Shown one piece after another: positions 29,467 through 38,204 of a DNA stretch of 64,000 bases. Position 1 is the first letter of the stretch. Every line of letters begins with the position of its first letter. The DNA is from Desulfobacterales bacterium (GTDB lineage Bacteria; Desulfobacterota; Desulfobacteria; Desulfobacterales; UBA5852). Where the stretch lies: contig CAXXVS010000002.1 of NCBI GenBank assembly GCA_963674755.2, positions 608,001 to 672,000 of the forward strand, given 5' to 3'. The notes beneath the pieces were generated by a model. That model worked only from the letters and a program-made list of their open reading frames with translations. It ran no database searches and was not told the DNA's origin. The translations under genes were made by a program, and so were the position numbers.

Positions 29467-31464
29467 ATGAACAAGGTTAGGGGGATGTTGGTTTATCTGG
29501 CGATGGTGTCGGCGGCGCTTATTTTAGCAGCCGTTGGCTGCCAAAGCTTGCAAAATGGCCTGTCGAAGGGTTCCGGCGGGGAATCGAATACAGACACGCT
29601 GGCCAATACGCAAAAAAGCGTGTTGAAGGCGGAACCGGGAACGCCGGACGGCATATTGCTCATGCAGGCCAGATATCTGATCGGTGAGCTTCCCCAGAAG
29701 ATGCCCGGTAGTGAAAACGATACGCCGGCAATGGTGGCACTGGGCAAAAAGCTTTATTTTGAAACGGCCATTTCGATCAACAGGACCCAATCCTGCAACG
29801 ACTGCCACCCCATCGACAACACTAGCGCCGGCGCCGACAACCGGAAAACGGGTTTGGGGGCATTGGGCAAAAACGGGCCGCGCAACGACCCGTCGACCCT
29901 GAATGCCGGGTTTCAAATTGCCCAATTCTGGGATGGCCGGTCACCCGATCTGGCGGACCAGGCCAAAGGCCCGGTACTGAACCCCATTGAAATGGGCATG
30001 CCGGATCCGGCCGAGGTTTTACAACGCCTGAAAACCGCCGGTTACACGCAAGATTTTAAAAATGCCTTTCCGGGCCAGGAAGACCCGTTGACCTACGACA
30101 ATTTTGGTCAAGCCGTCGCCGCCTTCGAGCGGACGCTGATTTCCCGGGCCCGCATCGACCGGTTTATCATGGGTGACGCGGATGCGTTGACGGACCAGGA
30201 AAAAGAGGGCATGCGCCTATTCATGGATGTGGGCTGTATCCAATGTCACAGCGGACCGGTGGTCGGCGGTGCGATGTTCCAGAAAATGGGCATCTTTGAT
30301 GCCTATGCCGATGAAAAGGACAAAGGGCGATACGACGTCACCAAAAATGAGGACGATCTTTTTGTATTCAAAGTCCCCATGCTTCGAAACGCCACGCTCA
30401 CCGCGCCATATTTCCATGACGGTGGCGTTGGAACCATTGCCGAGGCGGTGGATCTGATGGGCAACCTTCAGTTGAACCGCCAGCTCACCAACGAACAAAA
30501 CGACCGGCTGATCCGTTTCTTGACCGCGCTGGCGGACGAAACGCGCACCCAGCCCGCCATGCCCCAGGCCATTAAGGCGGTCAGCGGCCCGACACCGCCG
30601 GACATGGCGACCCTCACCAATGATGCCCAGGGCGAACGCGTGAAATACGGCTATGCCCTGGTCACCGATACCTTCCGTCTGCTGGGCCGCAAAACCGGCG
30701 ATGCCGGCCCGTACTACGTCGGCAACAAACTCGCGTGCACCAATTGCCATCAGGACAAAGGGACCAAAATCTATGGTTTTTCCTGGGTCGGCGTATCCTC
30801 GGCCTATCCCCGGTACCGCGGCCGCGAGGACAAGGTGCAGGGGCTCAAGCAGCGGATCAACGGTTGCTTCCAACGCAGCCTGAACGGCAACCCGCTGCCG
30901 GAGGACAGCAAGGAGATGAATGCGATCGTGGCCTATCTGGACTGGCTCTCCGCCGGCGTCCCCAAGGAGAAGGCGATATTGGGAAGATCACCGTTCACGC
31001 CGCCCCCGCGCATGGCCGACCTGAAAAATGGGGCGGAGCAATATGCGGTGTTTTGTCAGTCATGTCACGGCAGCGACGGGGCCGGCTTCCAGGCGGCCAG
31101 CGATTCCCAGGCCGATGCGGGGGCCTATATCACACCGGCCGTATGGGGCGATGGGAGCTATAACAACGGCGCGGGAGCCAACCGCCTCTTGACCCTGGCG
31201 CCCTTTCTGCAATCCAATATGCCCCTGGGCACGGGGTACCGCCATCCGGTGCTCTCCACGGACGATGCCTACGATGTCGCCGCCTACGTCGATTCGATGC
31301 CGCGCCCCCAGATGGCCAACCTGGCGAAAGACTACCCCAAGCTGATCAAAAAGCCGGTGGATTGCCCCTATCCGCCGTATGCGGATGGGTTTTCGCAGGA
31401 ACAGCATCAGTTCGGCCCGTTTCAGCCTATTATGGCGGCAAGGAAAAACGCCCCGGCGAAATAA
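29467..31464 (+). CDS. Tetrahaem lipoprotein: di-haem cytochrome c peroxidase domain fused to a TsdA-like thiosulfate dehydrogenase domain
   Basis: Lipobox AVGC. CCP part: CNDCH, QFWDGR, NPIEMG, CIQCH, FKVPMLRN, PYFHDG. TsdA part: CTNCH, RINGCFQRSLNG, CQSCH, NMP. GGAG RBS. Confidence 0.85.
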   Translation: MNKVRGMLVYLAMVSAALILAAVGCQSLQNGLSKGSGGESNTDTLANTQKSVLKAEPGTPDGILLMQARYLIGELPQKMPGSENDTPAMVALGKKLYFETAISINRTQSCNDCHPIDNTSAGADNRKTGLGALGKNGPRNDPSTLNAGFQIAQFWDGRSPDLADQAKGPVLNPIEMGMPDPAEVLQRLKTAGYTQDFKNAFPGQEDPLTYDNFGQAVAAFERTLISRARIDRFIMGDADALTDQEKEGMRLFMDVGCIQCHSGPVVGGAMFQKMGIFDAYADEKDKGRYDVTKNEDDLFVFKVPMLRNATLTAPYFHDGGVGTIAEAVDLMGNLQLNRQLTNEQNDRLIRFLTALADETRTQPAMPQAIKAVSGPTPPDMATLTNDAQGERVKYGYALVTDTFRLLGRKTGDAGPYYVGNKLACTNCHQDKGTKIYGFSWVGVSSAYPRYRGREDKVQGLKQRINGCFQRSLNGNPLPEDSKEMNAIVAYLDWLSAGVPKEKAILGRSPFTPPPRMADLKNGAEQYAVFCQSCHGSDGAGFQAASDSQADAGAYITPAVWGDGSYNNGAGANRLLTLAPFLQSNMPLGTGYRHPVLSTDDAYDVAAYVDSMPRPQMANLAKDYPKLIKKPVDCPYPPYADGFSQEQHQFGPFQPIMAARKNAPAK

Positions 31465-31573
31465 CCAGCGGCGATTCACACCGGCGGGATCAGTTTATGA
31501 TACCAGTACTTGCGCGTAATCGTCGGCGAAGTCCGGCTGGTAGAGCCGCTGATTCATAGGATAAAAAGGAGAT

Positions 31574-31607
31574 AAATAAGGCCCTGAATTTCAGGGCCTT
31601 ATTTTTT
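31574..31607. terminator. Intrinsic, probably bidirectional, terminator
   Basis: AAATAAGGCCCTGAA-T-TTCAGGGCCTTATTTTTT. Confidence 0.8.
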
Positions 31608-32006
31608 CTGCACCGCAAAGCGTAAAGGACTATCCTTCCAAATCCACCCGAGCGATGCAGGGCGCACCATTATGCGCCCATCGCGGTGGGGGCCTTCCAT
31701 GGACGACCTGACCTTATAAACTTCAAGCGGCTCTTCTCATTAAACCTTCGGCATGGCGTAATGGCACCGGTCACAGGATGGCATCTTTTAGCCACCAAAG
31801 ATGATGCATCGGGTCGCATTGCGCGCTAGGGTTTCCTCCGTAAAATTCCCCTAAAAATGTTCTGATCGTCCTTATGACCGACCACGATTCCATAGCGGTT
31901 ATGAAATATAATAAAATTATGAAATAGAAAAAAAGGGGGATCGTCACATCTTACCAATACATTACATAACTATCTGAATATATAAAACATTCAAATTTTC
32001 GGGCGG

Positions 32007-32021
32007 TGGCACACGTTTTGC
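32007..32021 (+). promoter_or_regulatory. Sigma-54 (-24/-12) promoter of the methyltransferase operon
   Basis: TGGCAC-ACGTT-TTGC, 54 nt before the start codon, with an AT-rich upstream region. Confidence 0.8.
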
Positions 32022-32075
32022 CTTGAGCGATTGTAAGCATAGTTGCGCTAGGGCCAAATAGGTCGCGGAGGCAGG

Positions 32076-33707
32076 GTGGTGAAAGACGCTTTTTCGGAAA
32101 TTGGCATACCGATCATTTTGATCCCTTCAAAAACGGCCCTTGAATGCCTTAGGGAAACCGGAGCGGATTATGCCACGCCCTGCGGCGGCAGGGGACAATG
32201 TGGAAAATGTAAGGTTCGCGCCTCCGGAAAAGATTTTGCGCCCATTACCGAGGAAGAGCGGCGTTTTCTGACAGACGCCGAGATCAACGCGGGCGTCCGG
32301 CTGGCTTGTTATCTGCGCGGCAATGGCCCCTGCCGGATTCACTTGCCGAAGGATATTGATGACAACCTTCCCGCCTGGAATACCGGCGCCACATCTTCGC
32401 AGGATGCCGCCTTGCCCATGGCACCCAATGACGCCCAGGGTGGCCTGGGGGTCGCTGTCGACCTGGGCACGACCAAGGTGCACGCGGAGTTGGTCGACCT
32501 GAGCGATGGCCGCGTTCTGGCCGGTGCCACCGAGCTGAACGCGCAGCGTATTTTCGGTGCCGATATCATGAGCCGGCTTAAGGCGGCCTGTGACGGAAAA
32601 CAGGCGGCCTTGCAGCAGAGGATCGCCGACCAGTTGAACCGCATGACCCGCCGAGCGTGCCGGGACGCCGGAATTCACGGCGAAGCTATTCGTTCCGTCT
32701 GCATCGTCGGCAACACCGCCATGACCCACCTCCTGGCCGACCTGCCGGTCAGCCAGCTTGCACACGCTCCCTATCTGCCCTTCACCGTGGACGCGATGTC
32801 CCAACCGGCGTCCAAAGCAGGCCTGACCGCTTGTCCCGCGGCCGAGCTCTACCTTCCGCCGGCGGTGGGCGGTTTCATCGGATCGGACCACCTGGCCATG
32901 ATCGCCGCCACCCGGATTGAGCGCCGCCGGGGGACCACCCTGGGAATCGACATCGGCACCAATACCGAAATCGTCCTCAAGAAGGCGGGTTCTGACGAAC
33001 TGCTTTCGATCTCCTGCCCCTCCGGACCCGCCTTCGAGGGAGGGGAGATTTCCTGCGGGATGCTCGCGACCCCCGGCGCCATCGTGGATCTGGAACAAGC
33101 GCCGGGCGGCTTCGTGGTCCGGACCATCGCCGACGTGCCGCCCCAAGGCATTTGCGGTTCGGGCATGTTGCGGGCGCTGCAGGTGTTTCATCAGATGGGG
33201 CTGGTCAGTCCATCCGGTCGGATCCAGGTTGTGCCGCCATATGTCAGGCAGAACGGCCATGGGCGCTACATCGTGCTGGCGCCGGAGGGACCCGGTGGGC
33301 GCGGGCTGGTCCTCACCCAGGACGATATCAATGCCCTCCTGCTGGCCAAAGCCGCCATTGCCGCCGGCATCTTCGCGCTGCTCGATCATGAATCCCTAAC
33401 GGTCGCTTCCATCGATCAGCTGATCCTGGCCGGCAGTTTCGGGACGCACATCGACATCGACGCGGCGGTCGCCATCGGCATGCTGCCGCCGCTGCTTACG
33501 GAGCGGTTCATCAAAGCGGGCAACGCTGCAGCGGCCGGAGCGCGCGGGATTCTAATGTCGGGCGAATACAAAACACGGGTCGAACAAATCGCAGGAAAGA
33601 CCCGCCATCTCGAACTGCAGGGGCAGCGGCTTTTCCGTAAGCTGTTCGCCAAGGCGTTTTACATACCGGGGCTCTTCAAGGGGTGTTCGGGCAATCAGGC
33701 CCCCTGA
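32076..33707 (+). CDS. Reductive activator of corrinoid enzymes (RACo/RamA-like ASKHA ATPase with [2Fe-2S] domain)
   Basis: CGGRGQCGKC...RLAC, DLGTT, FGADIMSR, DIGTNTE, GPAFEG, GICGSG, LAGSFG and GNAA. Confidence 0.9.
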   Translation: MVKDAFSEIGIPIILIPSKTALECLRETGADYATPCGGRGQCGKCKVRASGKDFAPITEEERRFLTDAEINAGVRLACYLRGNGPCRIHLPKDIDDNLPAWNTGATSSQDAALPMAPNDAQGGLGVAVDLGTTKVHAELVDLSDGRVLAGATELNAQRIFGADIMSRLKAACDGKQAALQQRIADQLNRMTRRACRDAGIHGEAIRSVCIVGNTAMTHLLADLPVSQLAHAPYLPFTVDAMSQPASKAGLTACPAAELYLPPAVGGFIGSDHLAMIAATRIERRRGTTLGIDIGTNTEIVLKKAGSDELLSISCPSGPAFEGGEISCGMLATPGAIVDLEQAPGGFVVRTIADVPPQGICGSGMLRALQVFHQMGLVSPSGRIQVVPPYVRQNGHGRYIVLAPEGPGGRGLVLTQDDINALLLAKAAIAAGIFALLDHESLTVASIDQLILAGSFGTHIDIDAAVAIGMLPPLLTERFIKAGNAAAAGARGILMSGEYKTRVEQIAGKTRHLELQGQRLFRKLFAKAFYIPGLFKGCSGNQAP

Positions 33708-33744
33708 GATCCATTCCATAAGACCATCGCAGAGGAGGACGCAC

Positions 33745-35379
33745 ATGTTAGTCATTGGAGAAAAAATCAACGGCACCCGTAGCGAGGTGGCCCAGGCCAT
33801 CCAGGCGCGGGACAGCCAGATGATCCAGCATCTGGCGCTCAGCCAGGTAGCCGCCGGGGCGGGCTACCTTGACGTCAATGCCGGCACCCATCCCAAACAG
33901 GAGCCGGAGGACATGGTCTGGCTGATCAACACGATCCAGGACGTGGTGGACGTCCCCCTGTGCCTGGACAGTGCCAACCCCGAGGCCTTGAAAGCCGGCC
34001 TGGCCGCGGTCAACAAGCCCCCCATGATCAACTCGTTGAGCGGCGAAAAGGCCCGCATCGAAGGCGTGCTGCCCCTGGCCTGTGAACACAAGACCCGTCT
34101 GATCGTACTGGCCCTGGACGACAACGGCATTCCGAAAACCGTCGAGGACCGCGTGGCCATCGTCGAGCGGCTGGTCAAAATGACCCGCCAGGGCGGACTG
34201 CCCGACGACTACCTTTATGTGGACCCGCTGGTCATCACCATCGCCACCGACAACGCCAGCGGGCGGACGGCGTTCGAAACCATCCGCCGGATCAAGGCGC
34301 GCTATCCGGAAATTCATTTTACCTGCGGCCTGAGCAATATTTCATTCGGGCAGCCGTCCCGCACGCTCATCAACCAGGCGTTTGCCGCCCTGGCCATCCA
34401 GGCGGGCCTGGACAGCGCCATCGTCGATCCTGAGGAAAAGGGCCTGCGCAACATCATTTATTCCGCCGAATTGGTGCTGGGCCTGGACCCCCACTGCAAG
34501 AACTACAACAAGGCGCACCGCAACGGCCTGGTCGGCGCGCCGACGCAAAAGGCGGGCGAACCGGCCCCCGCTGCTTCCGACAGCCAATTGGTCGGGGCGC
34601 TCAAGGGCCTTGTGAGCGCCATGGCCTCTGCCGGCATTCTCGACTTGTCCGCCGCGCCCGCCAGCGACGCCGCCCCCGCCCTAACCGGGTCTATACCCGC
34701 CGCGCAAGCCGCCCCGTCCCAGGCCTCCGCCGATGACGACCGGATCAAGGGCATGATCGAGGCCATGGTGGCCATGGACGAGGAAAAGGTCGACGCCATG
34801 GTCAAGGAATGGCTGGACGACGGCAAGGATCCCCTGAGGCTGCTGGACGCTTCCCGCGACGCCATGGTGGAAGTCGGCCGGCTCTTCGACGCCAAGGAAT
34901 ACTTCGTTCCGGAACTTATCCTGGCCGGGGAAATCCTGAGCGCCATTTCCACCGCCGTCAAGCCCTACCTGAAATCCGATGCGGGTGATTCCGCAAAGAA
35001 GGGCAGGGTGATCATCGCCACGGTGGAGGGCGACATCCATGATATCGGCAAGGATATCGTGGTCACCATGCTGGATATCAACGGCTACGACGTCCTCGAT
35101 CTCGGGGTGGACGTGCCCGTGGCCAAGGTGGTCGAGGCCGCCAAGGAATTCAAACCCCAGGTCATCGGTCTCAGCGGGTTTCTGACCCTGGCCTATGACC
35201 CCATGAAATTCACCATTACCGCCGTCAAGGAAGCCATGGGCAACGGCATCCATTACATGATCGGCGGCGGTCAGATGGACGATGAAGTGGCCAAATATGT
35301 CGGCGCGGACGCCTTTGGCAAGGACGCCATGGAGGCGGTCAAACTTTGCGACAAATGGATTCTGGGAGGGAACGCGTAA
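33745..35379 (+). CDS. Fusion of a pterin-binding methyltransferase (MTII, AcsE-like) and a B12-binding corrinoid protein
   Basis: IGEKIN, LDVNAG, PLCLDS, INS, DP and GLSNISFG; Ala-rich linker; cap domain with DIHDIG, SGFL and IGGG. Confidence 0.9.
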   Translation: MLVIGEKINGTRSEVAQAIQARDSQMIQHLALSQVAAGAGYLDVNAGTHPKQEPEDMVWLINTIQDVVDVPLCLDSANPEALKAGLAAVNKPPMINSLSGEKARIEGVLPLACEHKTRLIVLALDDNGIPKTVEDRVAIVERLVKMTRQGGLPDDYLYVDPLVITIATDNASGRTAFETIRRIKARYPEIHFTCGLSNISFGQPSRTLINQAFAALAIQAGLDSAIVDPEEKGLRNIIYSAELVLGLDPHCKNYNKAHRNGLVGAPTQKAGEPAPAASDSQLVGALKGLVSAMASAGILDLSAAPASDAAPALTGSIPAAQAAPSQASADDDRIKGMIEAMVAMDEEKVDAMVKEWLDDGKDPLRLLDASRDAMVEVGRLFDAKEYFVPELILAGEILSAISTAVKPYLKSDAGDSAKKGRVIIATVEGDIHDIGKDIVVTMLDINGYDVLDLGVDVPVAKVVEAAKEFKPQVIGLSGFLTLAYDPMKFTITAVKEAMGNGIHYMIGGGQMDDEVAKYVGADAFGKDAMEAVKLCDKWILGGNA

Positions 35380-36638
35380 TGGAAAATACCGGCCAAACCA
35401 CCAAAACTCCGGAACAAACCGCGTACGAGCAGCGGGAAAAACGGATCATGGACGCCATTCAGCTCAAAAAGCCGGACCGCATCCCGGTCACGGCCATGTT
35501 CTCTTTCTTCCCGGCCCGTTACAAGGGCATTCCGATTCGCACGACCATGTATGACCCCGATGTGATGTTCGACACCTGGGTGGAGACGCTGACCGCGTTC
35601 GCGCCCGATCTCTCGGAAAACCCCTTTCCCATGCGCCATCTGGGCAATCTCCTGGAAACCTTCGATTTCAAGATGCTCAAATGGGCCGGTCACGGGCTGG
35701 GCGACGACGTCTCCTACCAGTTCGTCGACGAGGAGTATATGAAGGCGGACGAATACGACGCCTTCCTCTATGACATGACCGATTACATGATGCACAAGTT
35801 CTGGCCCCGGGTATTCGGTGCCCTGGCGCCCTGCGCGAACCTGCCGCATTTCCACGATGTCATGTGCTACTACTTCGGGACGTTTTACGCGGCGCCCCTG
35901 TTTACCGATGAAATGGTCGCCATGGGCAAGATGCTGCGCAAGGCCGCCGGCCACACCAACACCATTCTCTCCTATGCCGGGAAATTCAGCCAGACCATGG
36001 CCCAGAAAGGGTTTCCGGCCAATTACGGGGCCGCCACCCAGGTGCCCTTCGATACCCTGGGCGACTTTTTGCGCGGCACCAAGGGGCTTATGCTGGACAT
36101 GCGCCGCCGTCCGGAGAAAGTCCTGGCGGCGGTGGACAAACTGCTGCCCATCATGATCCGCCTCGGGGTGAGCGGCGCCCAACGCACCGGCAACCCCCGG
36201 GTCTTCATCCCGCTCCACAAGGGTGTGGAAAGCTTTATGTCCGATGCCCAGTACCAGAAATTCTACTGGCCGGGTTTCAAGGCGCTGCTGGACGGGCTCA
36301 TCGACGAAGGGCTTTACCCGTGTCCGTTGGTGGAAGGGGCTTACGACGCCCGGGTCAAGTATCTGGCCCAGGTCCCCTCCGGCAAGGTTTGCTACCACTT
36401 CGAGAATTTCAACGCCCCCCTGCTCAAGGAAGAACTGGCCCATGTGGCCTGCGTGCGCGGCGGCATGCCCCTGCGGATTCTCTCCACCGGGACGCCCGAC
36501 GACGTCAAGGCCCAGTTGGATAAGGTTTTGGCGGAAATGGAGGACGTCCCCGGTTTTATGGTGGATGCATCCACCGGCCTCGATGAGGCCAGGCCCGAAT
36601 GCGTGCGGGCCATGTTCGACTACATGCATCAATTGTGA
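35379..36638 (+). CDS. URO-D/MtaA-CmuA superfamily protein, probable substrate:corrinoid methyltransferase (MTI)
   Basis: KPDRIPV, PFD..LRG..MLDMRRRPEKV, FMS..QY.KFYWP and GTPDDVK; TAATG coupling. Confidence 0.8.
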   Translation: MENTGQTTKTPEQTAYEQREKRIMDAIQLKKPDRIPVTAMFSFFPARYKGIPIRTTMYDPDVMFDTWVETLTAFAPDLSENPFPMRHLGNLLETFDFKMLKWAGHGLGDDVSYQFVDEEYMKADEYDAFLYDMTDYMMHKFWPRVFGALAPCANLPHFHDVMCYYFGTFYAAPLFTDEMVAMGKMLRKAAGHTNTILSYAGKFSQTMAQKGFPANYGAATQVPFDTLGDFLRGTKGLMLDMRRRPEKVLAAVDKLLPIMIRLGVSGAQRTGNPRVFIPLHKGVESFMSDAQYQKFYWPGFKALLDGLIDEGLYPCPLVEGAYDARVKYLAQVPSGKVCYHFENFNAPLLKEELAHVACVRGGMPLRILSTGTPDDVKAQLDKVLAEMEDVPGFMVDASTGLDEARPECVRAMFDYMHQL

Positions 36639-36791
36639 ATTCCGCCCACCGGCCGGGGCGGGTTCGTCACCCGTCCGGCGGCCGGTGGGGGGATGCCGGG
36701 ATGATTGGCTGGTTCCGCGCCAGCATACAATCCCGCCCGTTGCGCAACGGGCACCTGGAGAATTCATCCACTCATTTTAAAGGAGAGCGCA

Positions 36792-38054
36792 ATGAATCAA
36801 GTGATCGAAAACACCAATCGCTGGCGGTTCCTCATTACCGGTGTCGTGGTCTCACTGGTGCTGGGCATGATCTACGCCTGGTCCATTTTCACCCTGCCGT
36901 TGGAAAACGCGTTCGGCTGGACGCGGGCCCAGACGTCCCTGACCTTCTCCATCTCCATCATCACGCTGTCCGTCGGGATGATTTTCGGCGGCCGCATCAT
37001 CGAGAAAAAGGGCGTGCGGTCCGTGTCGGTGGCGGGCGCGCTCATGGTGGCGGCGGGCTTCTTCCTGGCCTCCACCACCACCACCCTGATGATGCTTTAC
37101 CTTTCCTACGGGGTCCTGGTGGGCCTCGGCGTGGGCGCCGTGTACATCGGCCATATTTCCACCGTGGCCCACTGGTTTCCGGACCGCAAGGGCTTCGCCA
37201 TGGGGATCCTCACCATGGGCTTCGGCATGGGGGGTCTCATCCTGGGCGGCATCGCCGGCTATCTGATTGAATCCATGGGGTGGATCACGGCCTTCCGCGC
37301 CCTGGCGCTGATCAGCCTGGTCATCTGTGTTACCGGCGGCCTGCTGGCCCGATTTCCCGCGGAGGGCTGGAAACCGGCCGGCCTGGTGGCGCCCCAGCCG
37401 GGAGCAGCGCCAGCCGCCGCCCTGATCAACTTCGACTGGAACGAGATGATCAAAACCAAGGAATGGTGGCAGTGGTGGTTCTGGGATCTGTTCCTGTGCG
37501 CCTCCGGCCTGATGGTCATCGGACACATTGTCCCCCTGGCGGTGGAAAAGGGCGTGGACAAGACTGAAGCCATTTTCGCCATGGGCATCCTGTCGGTCTC
37601 CAACGGCTGCGGGCGTCTGCTCTTCGGGGCGCTCTGGGACCGGTTCGGCAAACGGCTGGCCATGACCGGCTCGGGCCTGGTGATGGGCATCGCCCTCTTC
37701 GGCGTGGTTCTGCTGACGAGCGCCATCGGCCAGTACGGCCTGTATTTCGCGGTGATCCTCACGGGGCTGGCCTACGGCGGCCTGGTCCCCATCAACAACA
37801 CCTTTATCCTTGAATCCTACGGCCCCAAGCATTCCGGCATCAATATCGGATTGGGGTCCACCCCCTTGATCATCGCCGTTCTGGCCGGTCCCTACCTGGG
37901 CAGCTACATCAAGATGAACAGCGGCTACGACACCACCATGATGATCGGCGGCGCCGTGGCCCTGGTCAGTTTCGTGATCGCGTTTTTTATTGGTGATGTC
38001 CAGAAGCGTCTCGGCGGACGGGGCGCGATGGCCGCCGCGCCCGCAGGGCGCTGA
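36792..38054 (+). CDS. MFS transporter, oxalate/formate antiporter (OFA) family
   Basis: YAWSIF, WFPDRKGFAMG and NGCGRLLFGALWDRFGK; about 12 TM; AAGGAG RBS. Confidence 0.88.
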   Translation: MNQVIENTNRWRFLITGVVVSLVLGMIYAWSIFTLPLENAFGWTRAQTSLTFSISIITLSVGMIFGGRIIEKKGVRSVSVAGALMVAAGFFLASTTTTLMMLYLSYGVLVGLGVGAVYIGHISTVAHWFPDRKGFAMGILTMGFGMGGLILGGIAGYLIESMGWITAFRALALISLVICVTGGLLARFPAEGWKPAGLVAPQPGAAPAAALINFDWNEMIKTKEWWQWWFWDLFLCASGLMVIGHIVPLAVEKGVDKTEAIFAMGILSVSNGCGRLLFGALWDRFGKRLAMTGSGLVMGIALFGVVLLTSAIGQYGLYFAVILTGLAYGGLVPINNTFILESYGPKHSGINIGLGSTPLIIAVLAGPYLGSYIKMNSGYDTTMMIGGAVALVSFVIAFFIGDVQKRLGGRGAMAAAPAGR

Positions 38055-38204
38055 ATGCGGTTAAGCCTTTAATCATGCTCCCCCGGAGAGCAACGTCCCC
38101 TCTGCCCCGTCCTTCCGTTCAAGTGCGCCGGGGCGTTGCTCTCTTCTTTTCCGATCTGGTGTTGCCTCGAAAGTTTCCTGCCGGCTCGAGGCGGCCCATC
38201 CCCA

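Noticed and set aside
36636..36690. UGA followed by a GC hairpin as a possible selenocysteine/SECIS signal
   Set aside because: The URO-D fold already appears complete at this stop and readthrough adds only a short low-complexity tail; more likely an intercistronic stabilising hairpin. No in-frame amber (Pyl) codon was seen in the cluster either.
35271..36767. 498-aa minus-strand ORF
   Set aside because: Antisense to the MTI gene, which has clear family motifs and translational coupling
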